Assembly (NCBI GenBank): GCA_013265495.1
Contig: MU058337.1
Span: 7,112,716 to 7,176,715, forward strand
Direction: 5' to 3'
DNA from: Vicugna vicugna
Lineage: Eukaryota
DNA: 64,000 nucleotides
Shown piece by piece: positions 63,626 to 64,000 of the stretch (position 1 is its first letter; each line of letters begins with the position of its first letter). Under the pieces are notes generated by a model. It saw only the letters and a program-made list of their open reading frames with translations, searched no databases and was not told the DNA's origin. A program made the position numbers and the translations under genes.

Positions 63626-64000
63626 AAGGCACACCTCATTTTATTGTGCTTTGCAAGATGTTGTGTTTTTTTTAGAAATTGAAGGTTTGTGGCAACCCTG
63701 TGTTGTCAGATGATGGTTAGCATTTTTCAGCAATAAAACATTTTTTAGTTAAGGTAAGTGCATTTTTTTTGTTTTGTTTTAATTTTTTAAATCATTCTTT
63801 TTTTCTTTCAGTTTTATTGAGATATAACTGACATACAGCACTGTATACTTTTTTGTACAGGAGATAATTAGGTTTTTTTTTTAATGGAGATATTAGGGAT
63901 TGAACTCAGGACCTCATGCTTGCTAGGTCCTATACTCTCCTGTGCTCTCCCCCCATACATTGTTTTTTTAAGACATAACGCTATTGTGCACTTAACAGAC
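63626..64000 (+). mobile_element. Internally deleted Tigger1 derivative with nested retroposon insertions; runs off the window
   Basis: AGGCACACCTCATTTTATTGTGC...TTGAAGGTTTGTGGCAACCCTG joined to TCAGATGATGGTTAGCATTTTT...AGACATAACGCTATTGTGCACTTAA. Confidence 0.8.
63850..63954 (-). mobile_element. vic-1-type SINE, diverged, nested in the Tigger1 derivative
   Basis: TAATTAGGTTTTT...TGGAGATATTAGGGATTGAACTCAGGACCTCATGCTTGCTAGG shared with the other two copies. Confidence 0.72.

Noticed and set aside
1..64000. CRISPR array, operon or other prokaryotic/viral system
   Set aside because: No regularly spaced repeats or dense coding; the sequence is intron-rich mammalian DNA, and only solo LTRs without internal retroviral genes were seen

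Overview
Mammalian genomic DNA, most likely a camelid (alpaca/llama/camel), judged from three tRNA-Ala-derived vic-1-type SINEs and artiodactyl-type L1 3' ends. There is no prokaryotic content. The + strand carries the 3' end of DOCK9 (Zizimin1, a Cdc42 GEF): the DHR2-encoding exons, two small cassette exons (6 and 36 nt), a C-terminal microexon region, the last exon and the 3'UTR, ending near 21.6 kb. About 27 kb of repeat-rich intergenic DNA follows (L1, MLT1/MLT2, MER45B, MER63, MIR, L2). Then come the CpG-island promoter, exon 1 (ATG G) and 17-nt exon 2 of SLC15A1 (PEPT1), separated by a 14-kb intron. Most ORFs in the supplied track are spurious. Three observations stand out. (1) A candidate pair of frame-complementary microexons (8 + 13 nt) before the last DOCK9 exon could switch among four C-termini; in one of them the stop codon forms only at the splice junction. 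(2) A ~340-bp TSD-flanked element joins an L1 5' head directly to an L1 3' tail, upstream of SLC15A1. (3) An ARE inside a MER5A and a perfect D-box lie upstream of SLC15A1. Gene identities come from recalled protein sequences and synteny. Repeat family names and boundaries were assigned by eye and are approximate.
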